From contig NW_012236516.1 of the NCBI RefSeq assembly GCF_000787575.1, forward strand, positions 284,922 to 321,832: a DNA stretch of 36,911 nucleotides. Reading direction: 5' to 3'. The notes beneath the pieces are model-generated. The model searched no databases and was not told the DNA's origin. It saw only the letters and a program-made list of their open reading frames with translations. The DNA comes from Acytostelium subglobosum (taxonomy: Eukaryota). This document shows positions 12,502 to 24,900 of the stretch, one piece after another (the stretch's first letter is position 1; every line of letters begins with the position of its first letter). A program made the position numbers and the translations under genes.

Positions 12502-15500
12502 TTACTCTTCATCATCCTCCAAGAATCCATCGCGTTCCTTTCTTGCCAACTCTTGGGCGACATGAAGTGGTTGCGTGAAGAACGTCCTGTTGATACTGTT
12601 TGGTTGGGAGAGGAGAACGAGTCAGTATGATGTCAATGAACAATAGGGTAGGATTGTATACATACTGAACAATCATGATCACTGGCAATAGACAGACGAT
12701 AATGACGAGAATGAGTGATAGGTAGAAGGTTGGTTGTTTGAGCAGGTTGATGAACACCATGTAATAGTAGCCCAGTCCAAGCATATTGGCTGCAAAGCTG
12801 TATGCTATCTGGAAAATGATAAACACAGTGATCGATACCCAAGTAGTCCAGTGTTGAGCTTTGTTCCAATGGCTAATAGAGAGTGAAATGGATGGTGTTA
12901 GTGTTCTGATTGGTTGGATGGATGTAGGATTGGAGAACAAACAAATACATACTTTACGACCAAGATCATCATGATCTGAATCATCAAGGTGAGTGCGATG
13001 AAGGAGGCACAAGCTTGGGTCCAAAGGCCACCAATTAGGCCACTGGAGCTGCTAGCGCCATCGATGTAGATGCTCGACATGAAGAAATAGATAACCAACG
13101 AACAGTAAATTCCATGTACCATCCAAGACATAAATATCTTCCATGTGAACTGGATTGATTGATTGATTGAGTTAGTATGTTTGATCGATTGGATGATTGG
13201 ATTGCCATGGCACTTACATTCTTGCCCTCTTGGGTCTCTTTGAATAATATCGGGTACTTGATAACATATAATGGATTGATGTCCTTATCGGTGACGGCAT
13301 AAATAATGATTGGGAATGAGGTGAAGATAATGTTGATGAGGATGTTGTTGATATCATCGGCGTAGGTCTGGCCAGAGAACTGAGTGTGAGTGTTGAACCA
13401 CAGCTGCATCAGCACCGTGGCGATGTTCTTCCAGAATGAGAAGCAGAGCAATGTGGAAAGTCTCTTGTAGTTGTAGCGTCCGTGTACGAGGACCAGTTGC
13501 TCGAGGAATCTGAACTGAGCGATGGCATAGTCACTGGCGAGAACAGCTTGACGTCCTTCAAATCCAATAACACCAATTCCGACATGTGCCCTCTGGATCA
13601 TGCTGACATCGTTGGCACCGTCGCCAATTGCCAGGGTGACACCCTTGGTCCTGTCGCGGACAATACGCACCACCTCAGCCTTTTGGAATGGTGTGACACG
13701 ACAGCAGACCACAGAGTGGACCATACTGGCCAGGTTGTAGAACACCTCCTCTACGGCATGGTCGATGGCAAGGGACAGGGTATGGCCGTCAATGACCAGA
13801 GCGAACTTTTCAGGTCCGTCGGCTGTGGTTGGTGCGGCCTTGACCTCATTGATGTAGTGGCCCATCTTGGCGAGGAGTGCCTCGGTGTTGGGCTCGTTGA
13901 GGATGAGGATACGATGATTGCCAATCAACTTGCACGAGACTCCAATGTTAATGGCTGTCTCTTGCTTGTCTCCAGTGAGCATCCAAATCTTAATGTCCGC
14001 TCGCTGCAATGTGGCAATGGTATCCTCAACACCATCCTGTAGTTTGTCCTCGATACCGACTACACCCATCATTACCAAATTCTTCTCTATCCTAATGGCC
14101 ACCTCTGATACACGATGATCTCTTTCCTCCATTGACAGGCGTGCCTGTTGGAAGTCCTGATTCCACTGTCTATACTCTTCAACTGATATCATACGCTTGG
14201 CATAACATAATGTTCTCAAACCTTGTGATGAGTATTCCTGATTGATTGATTGAATGAGTTTGTGAGTTAGTGAGTGATTGAGTGATTGAGTGAGTGATGG
14301 ATGACTTACATGGAGTGCATTATGGTTGGCTTGGAGTAAGTTTGCATCGAATGATTGAATGAGGTTGGCAATGATGGTAGAGTCAGCACCCTTGCAGTAA
14401 AGAATGATCTCATCATTGTTGTTGTAGTTGCCAACGATCACAGACATGATCTTGCGATCACTTGAGAACTCTAGTGTATTGAGTAGCTTGTAACTCCTGC
14501 TCTCTCCCAACACCTCCAACACAATGATGTCCTGGTTCCTCGACTAATAGTTTGAGTGGTAGTATGAGTGAGTGAGTGAGTCTGTTGTCTTCCTCTTTCT
14601 GGAATGATTGAATGATACATACAATTAACTTGACACCAGCACTGGCACACTCTTCGACGAGTGCTGCCTCATCGGGTGAGGTGGCAGAGTACTTGACTGA
14701 TCCGCTGGATGCATCGGGGACTACAGTGTGACAGAGTGCCATGGCAATGTAGAACTCAATGTTTACAGCCTTTGACATGTCGACCTTGTCATACTCTGAT
14801 CCACCTGCAGTCTCAGCGCCAGAGCCAGAGCCCATTGGTGCGACAGAGTCATCGATTGACAACTTCTTGAGACTGATGCCATCTTGATCATGAATGAGTG
14901 CAGTCTCTGAGGTGGCAAGCGCTGTTGACTGCTGGCTGGCTTTCATGGAATGTTCCAAGTGTGAGCCACCCTCGGACTTGTGTCCGTGATACATGGCACC
15001 ATTGATATTGCACAGTCTGAACTCCATCTGGTTGCGAGTCAAAGTTCCAGTCTTGTCCGAGAAGATGTATTCGATCTGGCCCAGCTCCTCATTGAGGTTG
15101 GACGTGCGCGCCTTGGCATAAGCATCCAGCTCGGCGTAGTACATGTTCTTGTCTCGGCTGATGGCCACCAACTGCAGCACACGAACGATCTCAATCGACA
15201 CGTACATGGAGAATGGGGCGATGGTGGCGTAGAGCACCAGGAAGGTGAAGAAGCGGCCAACAGTATTGATCGTGTAGTTCTGGTTGGGCATCAGGTACCA
15301 GATGTCCTGTCCATTTTTCTCGTAATGGTATCCGATCAGTGCACTGATCAAACATAGTATGGCTTCGATTATAAACACACAGATAAGAATATGATTGACT
15401 GTTTGATCCATCCTACTACGCTTGGAAGGTGTTGCCATTGTGTTCAACATGTACTTTGTCTCATGTCCAGTGTACACCACAACACCATATATCCACTTGG

Positions 15501-16401
15501 TGTTCATCAGTTTGGTACTCTGATTGATTGAGTGATGGGGGTTAGTCACATGGAATGATTCCACTCTATCAATCAATCATTATGATGACTTGACTTACGC
15601 GAATAAGTAGTTGATCAAGACTGAGTGGATGCTCAATGTTGTTGATCGTAAGCTTGCCAATGAATTGATTGAGTGAGATACCGGGAGCTTCATAGTCCAT
15701 CATGGCGCGGAAGTCGACAAAGTCGCTGGTACGCTGTAGTGAGTCGGTCTCCTTGAGCGCTTGCTTGGTCTTGAGGTTGTTCTCACCGTCCAGGTTGGCA
15801 GTCTCAATGTAGCACATACCCTGTGACACATCATTCGACGAGGACAACAACACCAGATCGGCAGGGAATTGTTCACCATTCTTCACGACAACAATATCAC
15901 CAACTCTAATATTCTTCCACTTCTCACAATACTCCTCTCCATCCTTAATCAATGTTGCTGGTCTGTTATTAATCTCCTTATCCGATTGATATCTTCTCTA
16001 TATATGTTTGAATGATCGTGTGATTGAGTGAGTGGAATGGTTCCAGAGAGTGTGTCCCTCACATGTCAACTTACAAAGTCTTCGATTGCCTCTTTGATGG
16101 CATTGATGCCGATGACTAGGAAGAGTCCGGCAAGACTGCCACCGGGCTTGTTGGGTGAGATGGGCGTGAAGGAGAGGATGACGATGAGCAGGAAGTACAT
16201 GTTGGCAATCCTTCGGAACTGTTCGTACAAGTTCTTTGGCAGGAATGTCAAGATTGTATACTTTGACGTCTTTATATAGTTGTCCACATGTATACTCTTT
16301 ATCTTTGGTGCCGACTGATCTATTACCACCCTTCTCGGTTCAGCTGACACTCTACCCAATATCCTATTCTTTAAATTGTCCAGCATTGTTGATGCTGTCA
16401 T
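12502..16401 (-). CDS. P4-type ATPase (phospholipid flippase, Drs2/ATP8 family), 8 exons, ~1136 aa
   Basis: Minus-strand exons (plus coordinates): 16401..16075, 15997..15599, 15519..14623, 14543..14310, 14237..13218, 13149..12953, 12905..12666, 12595..12502. All donors are GTAAGT or GTATGT; branch motifs CATACTAAC, CTAAC and TACTGAC. N-terminus: [41 protein letters not shown]|[22 protein letters not shown]. Other P4-ATPase hallmarks: [12 protein letters not shown]|[24 protein letters not shown], the phosphorylation site [32 protein letters not shown]|[123 protein letters not shown], and the C-terminal TM region with an acidic tail ...[24 protein letters not shown]. The 72-nt intron at 14238..14309 is in frame, so the six-frame ORF track reads straight through it. 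Confidence 0.9.
13153..13170 (+). repeat. (GATT)n microsatellite, the antisense orientation of CAAT, inside a P4-ATPase intron on the minus strand
   Basis: tggattgattgattgattgag on the plus strand equals ..caatcaatcaatcaatccag| on the transcribed strand, directly at the 3' splice site. Confidence 0.8.
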
Positions 16402-16440
16402 CTCTTATCTTATCTCTATTATTACAATACTATTGATGTA

Positions 16441-16459
16441 TGATTGATTGATTGATTGA
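16441..16459 (+). repeat. (TGAT)n/(GATT)n microsatellite in the 5' flank of the minus-strand P4-ATPase gene
   Basis: tgattgattgattgattgagggattgg sits 40 bp upstream of the start codon at 16401 (minus strand). On the transcribed strand it reads (CAAT)n. Confidence 0.75.
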
Positions 16460-17595
16460 GGGATTGGTATTAAGTAGTAATAGTACAAGTATATATATAT
16501 TATAAGTATAGATATAAATAGATAGAGATACAACAAGATAAGATGATGAATATAGTAATCTACTCAACTCTCAAGAGTATGATTGAATGAGGGAAGTGAT
16601 TGAAGGAATGAGTGGGTGGGAGTGGGAGTATTGGACGGGACAACAACAGCAGGGATAAGTAGGGGTACGGACAACAACAACCCTAATGTCATCAGCAAAG
16701 GGGAATAAGGGGAACGGGTACGAGCGGACTAAGCCGAAGGTCATGACCTTGTGATCGATATCTGCTTATTGTCTGTTGTTGCTCTCAACTTCTGCTCGCG
16801 TTGACCCGATCTCATCACCATTCAATTGAATGAACTGTTTGGGGTTGGGAGTCTGAGGACAAAACAAACAACAGACAATAAGTAGACCAAGATAGATAGA
16901 TACACCCGATGGACAGACCGTCGTTCGTGTGTGTTTGTGTGAATCAATCAATTGGACACGAGTGTGTGGGGGTGAGCAAATCTAATCACAAGTTTTTGAT
17001 TAGTTGGACGAGAGAGCCAGCTCACACGAGATACAAGGAGAAGTCCAACCTCACCTCTAGCTCCGCATACCCGTCGACTTTTTTTTTGTTTGTTGTTGGT
17101 CTTTTTGGACATGCCCGCAAGCTGGAGCATAGGTCAATAAGTTAGGTGGTCACCAATCAGATGTCGAGAATAGAATTAATAAAACAAAAGCCTTGTCTTT
17201 GGAACCATCATAATGTTATTATTAAATTTTACTATTATTATTACTTGTGATTTAACGCGCGACTGCTGATATAATTAAAACAAAATGACATCATGTGACC
17301 CATGTGTCAGTGTCGCACAAAACAACAAAGACGACAAACTTGTGATCTCAGGCCACAAGTGTCTGTCCAATCAGATGCCAAACGGGGCAACTCGTCCTAA
17401 TATGTCACACTCAGTCACTGACTGGACTGACACGATCATCATTGCATTATGATAATGCATGATCATAAATAGGCTTTACCTTGAGTTGATTGAGTGAATG
17501 AATGAGTGAAGTCATTGATTGACTGAGCGAGTGATGGATCATTGATCCAAACTGACACACATCAGTGCAGTGTAGATCACGTCAATCACATCATC

Positions 17596-20437
17596 ACATC
17601 ACATTAGTCCTGGTATCACTTGTGAAAGGGTTGAGAAGAATAGTGGCAGTAACTTGGAATGGAGTTGCTTGTCATCAGTGGACTTGAACAAGAGTGACAT
17701 CAACAAGGTCTTTTCGTTGATGATCACTTCAATCAAGAAGATGGTGGCAGTGACAGTAGCGCTAGTGTCGTCTTGTTGCTTGGCATGATAATACAACTTT
17801 GTCAAACCATCCACGCTACCATACGCTAGACACACAATGCCTCGATTCGCCAGACATGTCTCCACCTGTTCAATAGCTGGCATGTTTGCCAACTTGAACT
17901 CCATCTTTTGTCTGTTTGATTGATTGAGTGAGTGAATGATTGGATGATTGGAATAGTTCCAGTGGACATACCCTTCATCAAGTTTGGACCATAGTGTTTG
18001 GAACTCTTCTGGCTCCATGTCTGGTGATGGTTCCAATGTGAATATGTCAACAAGGTTCTGTGTTGAGGTGTCTAGGTCCAACAAGGTCTGTTGAGGTGAT
18101 GATGATTGAGGTAACTTTGGTGATGACGTTGATTGGACTGGTGATGATGCATTTGGTGAGACAACAACCATGCTCGCCAGCAACTTGTCCTTGTCATTGG
18201 TGTCTCCAGGTTGTCTCATATAACTTGAAGAGTGCTTTCCATATATGATTGATAGAGTATTGAACTCTTCGTATATCTTATCCTATAGTGTTTGAGGGAG
18301 CCTATTAGTTGGCTTCAGGTCGGTAACAGACTGGCCGAATTTACTACATACTCTAAACTCCATAATCTCATCTTCAATGAATGAATGATCGTTCTTTGTA
18401 CACTTGATGTTGATCAGCTTGGAGGCCTGTGGGCGAGGTTGGGTTGGGGCGAGGTTAGGTTGGATGGACAGCTGATCAGCTGGACACAGGACATACCTTG
18501 TCAATATCATAAAGTATGGTTCGGTAATAATACAGGCATTGGTCGCGTAGTTCTGGATCGCATGTGATTGACGAGCATGACTTGAACACTTTGAGTATGA
18601 TTGGATATATTTCGCCGGTGTGGCTGGATGTTGCATCGCCATTGCCATGACCATTTCCAAGGAATAGCCTCACAGTGGACACCAGCAGTTGCAACTTGAC
18701 ACTGGTTGGCTGTTTGTCAAAGTGTTCGTTGAAGTATCGCTCAATGATATATGGTGCATCCTCCACAAGTGTAGGGTACTCGCCAATCATCCATAATACT
18801 GCCTCTTTGGCCTCAACCGCAGACTCTGGTAGCTCATCCAGACGAGTGTCTGTGGCCACAGCAGGGAGTACGCGTGTGGCGCACTCTGGATACATTCGCA
18901 GATAGTCTTTGAGTGCCACGACTGTTGGCGCTACGATCGCCTCGTCATTGGTGTCCAGGAATTGCATCAGCTTGTTCAGTGTGTGCTGAGAGTGCGTCGC
19001 CAGCTTGGCAATGTGGCCGATTGATTCGACTGCGTGGTTGGCGAGCTCGGCGCTCTCAAACACATAGGCGCTCATCTCCTCGACAATGTCGTCGACGTTG
19101 TGTGCGCAGACCAACTCTCGCAGTATCCGCAGTTTGAGGGTCTTGATGTACAATGGTTCACTGTGTCGATAATAGAAGTACTTGTAGTGGCGTTGGAACA
19201 ATGTGGGCGCACGGCTCATCAATAGATATATGTGTGAGAGCACTGTGTAGGCAGTCTCGTCCGACTCGCCATTCTCCATCAGTGTGATCAAAGGGTCGCG
19301 CAGTCGCTCATACACCTGCTCATGAATATTGCCATCACTCTCTGTGATCTTGAGGAACAACTTGATCGTCGCCAACACCAATGCACTGTTTGATTGCTTC
19401 AGTCTATCATCAAAGAAGTTCTATATTGTGATGAGTTAGTCAACGCCTCACTCGCGCACTATTCATTCATTCGCGACAAACTCACAAGGAAGTCGAGCAT
19501 CTCATCTTCGGTGATGCTGTTGTAGCGCATGATGATGTTGATGGCGGCGCACTGGCCCCATTCATTGAGCACCTTGAACTTGGACATTAGGTGGCGACAG
19601 ACTGGTTGTGTGACGATCCAATTGGGTCGCATCTCATCCAATGTCAGCACAGCATTGACGATCACTTGAGGGTCCTGATCCATGATCATTCCATAAATCT
19701 TTGGTACCAATGATTCGAATAATGACTCGTCATGGTCGCCATCTTGTCCTTGTCCATGACCATTGCCAGACTTTGATCGATATAGTTTGGCCAATCCTAG
19801 TACACCAGTCTTGCGCACATATGCCGATGGATCGCTGAGTGACTTGACCACGCATTTGTAAGAGTACTCGAACGTTGTCTGAGAGCTGTTCGTGATCGTG
19901 GCGCGTGAGCAAGGAGTGTATATCCAATGACCATCATCGTACCTACTTTAGAGAGCATAGACTGCGAAGGGCAAGTCCGCGAACCATTGGATTGGCATCC
20001 TGGAAGTCGAGCTGTTAAATTGACATTAGTAATGGATTGAATGATTGAATGAATGAATGAATACATACACATAATGTATTTATAACAAGTAGTAATAATG
20101 AGTCATTGTTGCCTGTTAATGCATGATGACAGATGTAGAGATAGACTAACTTCTTGACAATGACATCAGTTGTGTTTACAACCATTATAACATCGGGGAA
20201 TAGTGCAGCTACATCAATGCCAATAGTCATATACGCTATAATACGCTGTAAAGATGCTCTTATCTTCTCTACATCACGTTCATTCGATGCTGTCTTTAGA
20301 TATTGACGTAATTCATTAAGTTCACCTCTCTTTATCTCTGAGAAGTATGATGAGCTGTCCTTCTGTTGTTGCTGTTGTTGTTGTTGTTGTTGAGGAGGTT
20401 GAGTTTGAGGAGGATATTGAAGAGTTGATGATGCCAT
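17596..20437 (-). CDS. AP4B1: AP-4 adaptor complex beta subunit (beta4-adaptin), 7 exons, ~819 aa
   Basis: Minus-strand exons: 20437..20069, 20010..19946, 19885..19486, 19420..18497, 18426..18352, 18282..17972, 17911..17596. Donors are GTATGT, GTAGGT or GTGAGT; branch motifs TACTAAT, GACTAAC, CCTAAC, AACTAAT. It matches AP4B1 better than AP-1/2/3 beta: RIIAYMTIGIDVAALF...KKLVYLYICHHA..LLLVINTLC aligns with human RVIRYMTQGLDMSGVF..KKLVYLYMCTYA..LLAINTLC; DANPMVRGLALRSLCSL; SAYVRKTGVLGLAKL; NEWGQCAAINIIMRY; YYRHSEPLYIKTLKLRILRELV; ELRDQCLYYYR. There is a poly-Q run near the N-terminus. The exon-2 acceptor is ambiguous between AG 20011 and AG 19999. Confidence 0.88.
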
Positions 20438-20545
20438 TGGAATGGAATGGACTTTATTGTTATCTGTACACTACCCTGAAGTTGAATGAATGAGTGATTA
20501 GATTGACTTCCAAGTTCGGTCATCAAGTAAGGAGCTGGTGAGAGT

Positions 20546-20556
20546 GGGGGGGGGGG
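20546..20556 (+). repeat. G11 homopolymer in the divergent promoter between AP4B1 and the Dph6-like gene
   Basis: gagagtgggggggggggaaaac; 11 consecutive G, 109 bp upstream of the AP4B1 ATG (20437, minus strand) and about 197 bp upstream of the Dph6-like ATG (20753, plus strand). Confidence 0.8.
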
Positions 20557-20752
20557 AAAACTTTTTAATTTATGGAACGGAATCATTCCTTGGACTCGGG
20601 GACATGAAATGCGAATATTTCATTCATCTATTCTTTCTCACATCATCATCGTCATTCATTCATTATATACTACTCACACATTCAAACAAACGAACGATCA
20701 ATCAAACGAAAGGTCAATCAAACAAACGATCAATCAAACAATAGTTAGTGTA

Positions 20753-21499
20753 ATGGATAGACCAAGAGCAGTAATAAGCTTCACAGGAGGAAAGGATTGT
20801 ACATTGGCTTTACATAGATTGAATGATAGTTATGATGTAGTGGCATTGGTAACATTCGCTCCAAGTGCAACAAGAGATAAACCATTCAAAGCACATCCTT
20901 TGACATTGGTAGCTATACAGGCTCAGGCATTGGGTCTCCCACATCATACAGTCTACATCGATGGACCAAACTACCTCGATTCATATCGACAACAGATCAC
21001 CACCAAACTGCGCGAGGAGCTAATCGTTCGATACTTGATCACTGGTGACATACTTGATGTTTGCAACAACTTCATGGGTCGCGCAGTCGAGACGACGGGC
21101 GTCGAGCTCGTTCGACCACTGTTTGAGCTGCCTCGCCAGAACATCTTGGACGACGTTTTTGCTCGCAACTTCAAAGTCATTGTATCATGCGCCAACGTCA
21201 CCAAGTTTGGACCATCATTCGACATGAGCACATTGGTCGGTCAGCAACTCACTCCACAGCTGATACAACATCTGCGAGATCTCAATGCCGAAAGACTGAA
21301 ACAACAACAAGTTGATGGAGATGGAAGTGGTGGACCATCAGTTGATCTTGCAGGTGAATATGGAGAGTTCCACACAATGGTATTGGATGCTCCACTATTC
21401 AAACATGGTTCGATCAATATTGGATCAATGGTGATGCAACGGGACACTGACTACTGTTATGTAACTTTCGAAAATACTACATTGGTGACACGACCTTGA
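20753..21499 (+). CDS. Dph6/ATPBD4-like PP-loop ATP-binding domain protein (diphthine--ammonia ligase family, DUF71/MJ0570-like), single exon, 248 aa
   Basis: MDRPRAVISFTGGKDCTLALHRL (P-loop SGGKDS-like) ...ITGDILDVCNNFMGRAVETTGVELVRPLF.LPRQ...LAGEYGEFHTMVLDAPLFKHGSI. The motifs sit in the same order as in human ATPBD4/DPH6. The gene is transcribed divergently from AP4B1; the two start codons are 315 bp apart. Confidence 0.75.
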   Translation: MDRPRAVISFTGGKDCTLALHRLNDSYDVVALVTFAPSATRDKPFKAHPLTLVAIQAQALGLPHHTVYIDGPNYLDSYRQQITTKLREELIVRYLITGDILDVCNNFMGRAVETTGVELVRPLFELPRQNILDDVFARNFKVIVSCANVTKFGPSFDMSTLVGQQLTPQLIQHLRDLNAERLKQQQVDGDGSGGPSVDLAGEYGEFHTMVLDAPLFKHGSINIGSMVMQRDTDYCYVTFENTTLVTRP

Positions 21500-21920
21500 T
21501 TGATTGGATCATGGAGAATTAGTCGAGTTATCATGTGATTGTAGAAGTTCGATCAGTCTGAAGATGTGTTTGGGCTTGACCCCCAAGCACGATCCACCGA
21601 TCCATCTTCATTCTGGACTCATTCTGATCAAATTAACACAAAAAGACTAAAAATATCCATTTCGCTCAACTTCATTTAATTTGAGGTCCCTACTTGAAGG
21701 TGTTGTTGACACATCATCCTGCACATTCATTCATTCATTCAAACAACCTTCGACGTGTATAAGTTGTACAACAATATATACTACTGTAGTTTACACAAAA
21801 AAACAATCAATCAACAACATTAACAAACAAACAAAAGTAGTTGTTGTTGTTGTTGAATTAAAGAATATAAATAACAACGGACTGAATAATTTAAAGAGAG
21901 TGAGATAGAATAAGAAGAAG

Positions 21921-24900
21921 ATGGTTCGTGGTGGCAATGATAGAGGCAGAGGACGTGGTGGTAGAGGAGGCCGCGGCGGCCGCGGTGGCGGTCGTGGTGG
22001 CTCACATGCTCCCAATCCGCTATCCTCAGGACTTGACAATCAGGCTGGATCATCGTCGTCATCGTCGTCTCCAGGAAAGAAACAATCCGAGTTCTTTAGC
22101 GAACTCCAGGTCGCGCCATTCCAGGCGCTGGACCCCAACCAGCTCGTGCAGCTCAAGCTCAAGCTGATCAACGTCGTCTCGGCTTCGATGATCAAAGAGC
22201 CACGCTTCAACCAGATGTCACCGACACTGGAGCTCATCATCACGTCGGTGTACAGCATCGCCCACTACGACCCAGAGTTCGTACTCAAGTTGGCGTTGTA
22301 CACACGTGATGAACTTGGCATCCGAACTGTTGCCAACTATCTTTTGTGTTTGGCCGCAGTCATCGCGCCCTGCCAGCCATTCATCAAGCGCTACTTTAGC
22401 GAATCAATCAAGATCCCCTCCGACTGGTTGGAGTTGCCAACAATCGTGTCCAAGCTTACCGAGTATGTATCCATCACATGTCCAACACCATCATCCACCC
22501 TCAATGAAACAATGACTAACCTCTTGCCCTTCCACCACCCATGTAGTTCCAACTCCATTCCCAAGTCATTGAGGAATGTAATGGTGGACAAGTTCCCAGA
22601 CTTTGACGCCTACCAACTTGGCAAGTACAACACTGAGACCAAGATCAAGAGAAAGAGAAAGAAGTTAAAGGTATGTCTATCCATCCACTCCCTCGCCCAC
22701 GCCAATCTATCCATCACGCAATACTAACACCATCACTCACTCAACCAAACAGAAACTCATCAAGAAGCATCCAGAGGACAAGGAGAGATTGATGAAGGAG
22801 TTTGAGGAGAACCAGACAGCATCGTTGAAGCAGCTGATTCGTGTGCTGCATATCTCTCAACCAAACTACAACGTCATGTGCATCCTGGGCAAGAAGTACC
22901 CAGCAACCTATGACGAATACAAGAAGCTCAACTTGCCAGGCGACTTTGACCCTGAGCGCGCCAACAAGAGGATGAAGCTGCCCGTGCCCGAGACCTGGGA
23001 GACCTTGCTCTCTGAGAAGGGCAACAAGTCCACAACCTGGGAGGAGCTGATCGATCACAACAAGCTCCCTTTCATGGCCATGCTTCGTAACCTGCGCAAC
23101 ATGATCGTGTGCGGTGTCCAAGGCTCGTACCACGACTGGATCATCAAGAAGCTGACCAACGAGCAGACCATTGCCTACTCCAAGCAGTTCCCACTGCGTT
23201 TCTTGGCCGCCTTTGACGCGATCCCCAAGGACATTGACCAGCTCAAGGAGTGGGCCGCTGAGAAGCAGACCAAGATCACCTACCTCCCACCCAAGGATCT
23301 GTTTGATCAGTACCGTGCCGCCCTGGACACATCGGTCAAGTTGTCCACCACGCTCAACGTCAAGCCAATCCGTGGCACGACCGTCGTGTTTGTCTACGTT
23401 GGTGGTGGCGAGACCACTTGCAAGAGCAACGGCAAATACACCATGGTTGAGTCGGCCTTGCTCCTGGGTCTCATGTGCAAGTATGTGAGCGAGGAGTGCC
23501 AGTTGGTCCTCGTTGGCAAGAAGCCCAACGACGACAAGGAGGTCTTCTTGATGCCAGTCGAGCATGTCAGCACCGACTCGATCCTCCAGAACATCAAGAC
23601 TCTCAAGGAGACAATCAGCACCAACTTCCATCCAACAAACACCTACGAGTTCTTCCCAACTCGCTACGTGATGGACATGATCCTAGAGAAGAAGCGCGTG
23701 GACAACATTGTGGTGCTCAACCACCAGACCGTGCAGTTTGAGTCTGAGCAGTTCAACAAGAACATCCTCACCAAGTATCGCCAGGACGTCAATGGCGACT
23801 TGTTGTTCGTCAACATCAACCTCAGTGGCAGCGGCAAGGTGCAAGAGTCGGACGCTCACCAGAACGACGTCTACATCTCGGGTTTCAGTGACTCGATCCT
23901 CAAGTTCATCGCTGAGCGAGGTGGCGCTGATCAGCAGCTGCAGTACATCGAGAAGATCGACCAGATCAAGAAGCTGCCACTGCTTAAGCAGAGCGAGACT
24001 GCTTCATCGCAGAGCACTGACGCGGCCTCTGCCGCCGCCGCAGCTGCAAGCCACAGGTCGGCTGAGGACTTGAACCAGGACATCCAGAGACTGGTGGGCG
24101 TGCCCCGTTCAACGCTCAAGCCCTGGACCAATATCAGGATCTTCATCTCGTCCACATTCCTGGACATGCACGGCGAGCGTGACCTGCTCGTCAAGTACGT
24201 GTTCCCTGAGCTTCGTGAGCGTTGCGCCCGCCGCAAGATCCACATCACCGAGGTCGACCTGCGTTGGGGTATCACCGAGGAGGAGAGCTTGAAGAACCGC
24301 AGTGTGGAGATGTGTCTCGACGAGGTCGAGCGCTGCAAGCCGTTCTTTGTCGGTCTGCTTGGCCAGCGTTACGGTTGGGTGCCCACCAACTACAAGCTCA
24401 GCAGCGAGGAGCGTTACGACTGGGTGCGCGAGTATCCCAAGGGCCGCTCAATCACCGAGCTCGAGATGGTGTCGGCCATGAATGCTGGCGCCGACAAGGC
24501 CCTGTTCTACATCCGTGACCCCTCATTGATTTGGGAGGTACCCAAGGAGTATCGTTCGCACTTTGAGACCGAGGACCGCGAGTCTGCCGTGAAGCTGGAG
24601 AACCTCAAGTCAGTTGTGCGCCAGAAGAGTTCATACTACACCTACTCTGCGACCTGGGGCGGTGTTGTGGATGGCTTGCCCACCACTACCGGCCTTGAGG
24701 ACCTGCACCAACACATGCTGGACGACCTTTGGAACAGGATCAATCAGGAGTGCCCCATCGAGGAGGAGTCCGAGGAGCATATCGATCTGATGGCCAGCGA
24801 GACCAACCAGCAAGAGGTCTACGCCGAGTCCAAGGCTCGCAGATTCGTCGGTCGTAAGGACGACATCAACTGTCTCTTCAAGTTTGTCGAGGTGCTGCGT

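Noticed and set aside
17443-17462. Short palindrome TGCATTATGATAATGCA about 140 nt beyond the AP4B1 stop on the minus strand.
   Set aside because: It is a single 7-bp-arm hairpin in AT-rich 3' flank, expected by chance at this composition, with no supporting context.
16402-17595. Searched this and the other intergenic intervals for tRNA (GTTCGAATCC-like T-arm), snRNA (U1, U2, U4, U5, U6 consensus starts) and rRNA fragments.
   Set aside because: No convincing match to any of these by eye. Only GC-richer patches without cloverleaf or Sm-site features were found.
22741-23631. 296-aa ORF on the minus strand, antisense to the TEP1-like TROVE region. Similar long antisense or alternate-frame ORFs occur at 9400..10173(-), 10177..10719(-), 2698..3129(-), 13482..14042(+), 24631..25092(-), 27528..28313(-), 27971..28774(+), 26528..27115(+) and 1323..1637(+).
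   Set aside because: All lie inside exons whose sense frame shows strong, motif-level homology (TROVE/NACHT/WD40, MIF4G, P4-ATPase, RhoGAP). Their translations are low-complexity, Arg/Pro/Ser/Gly/Leu-rich strings of the kind expected from GC-rich third positions on the opposite strand. No start context or splice logic supports them.
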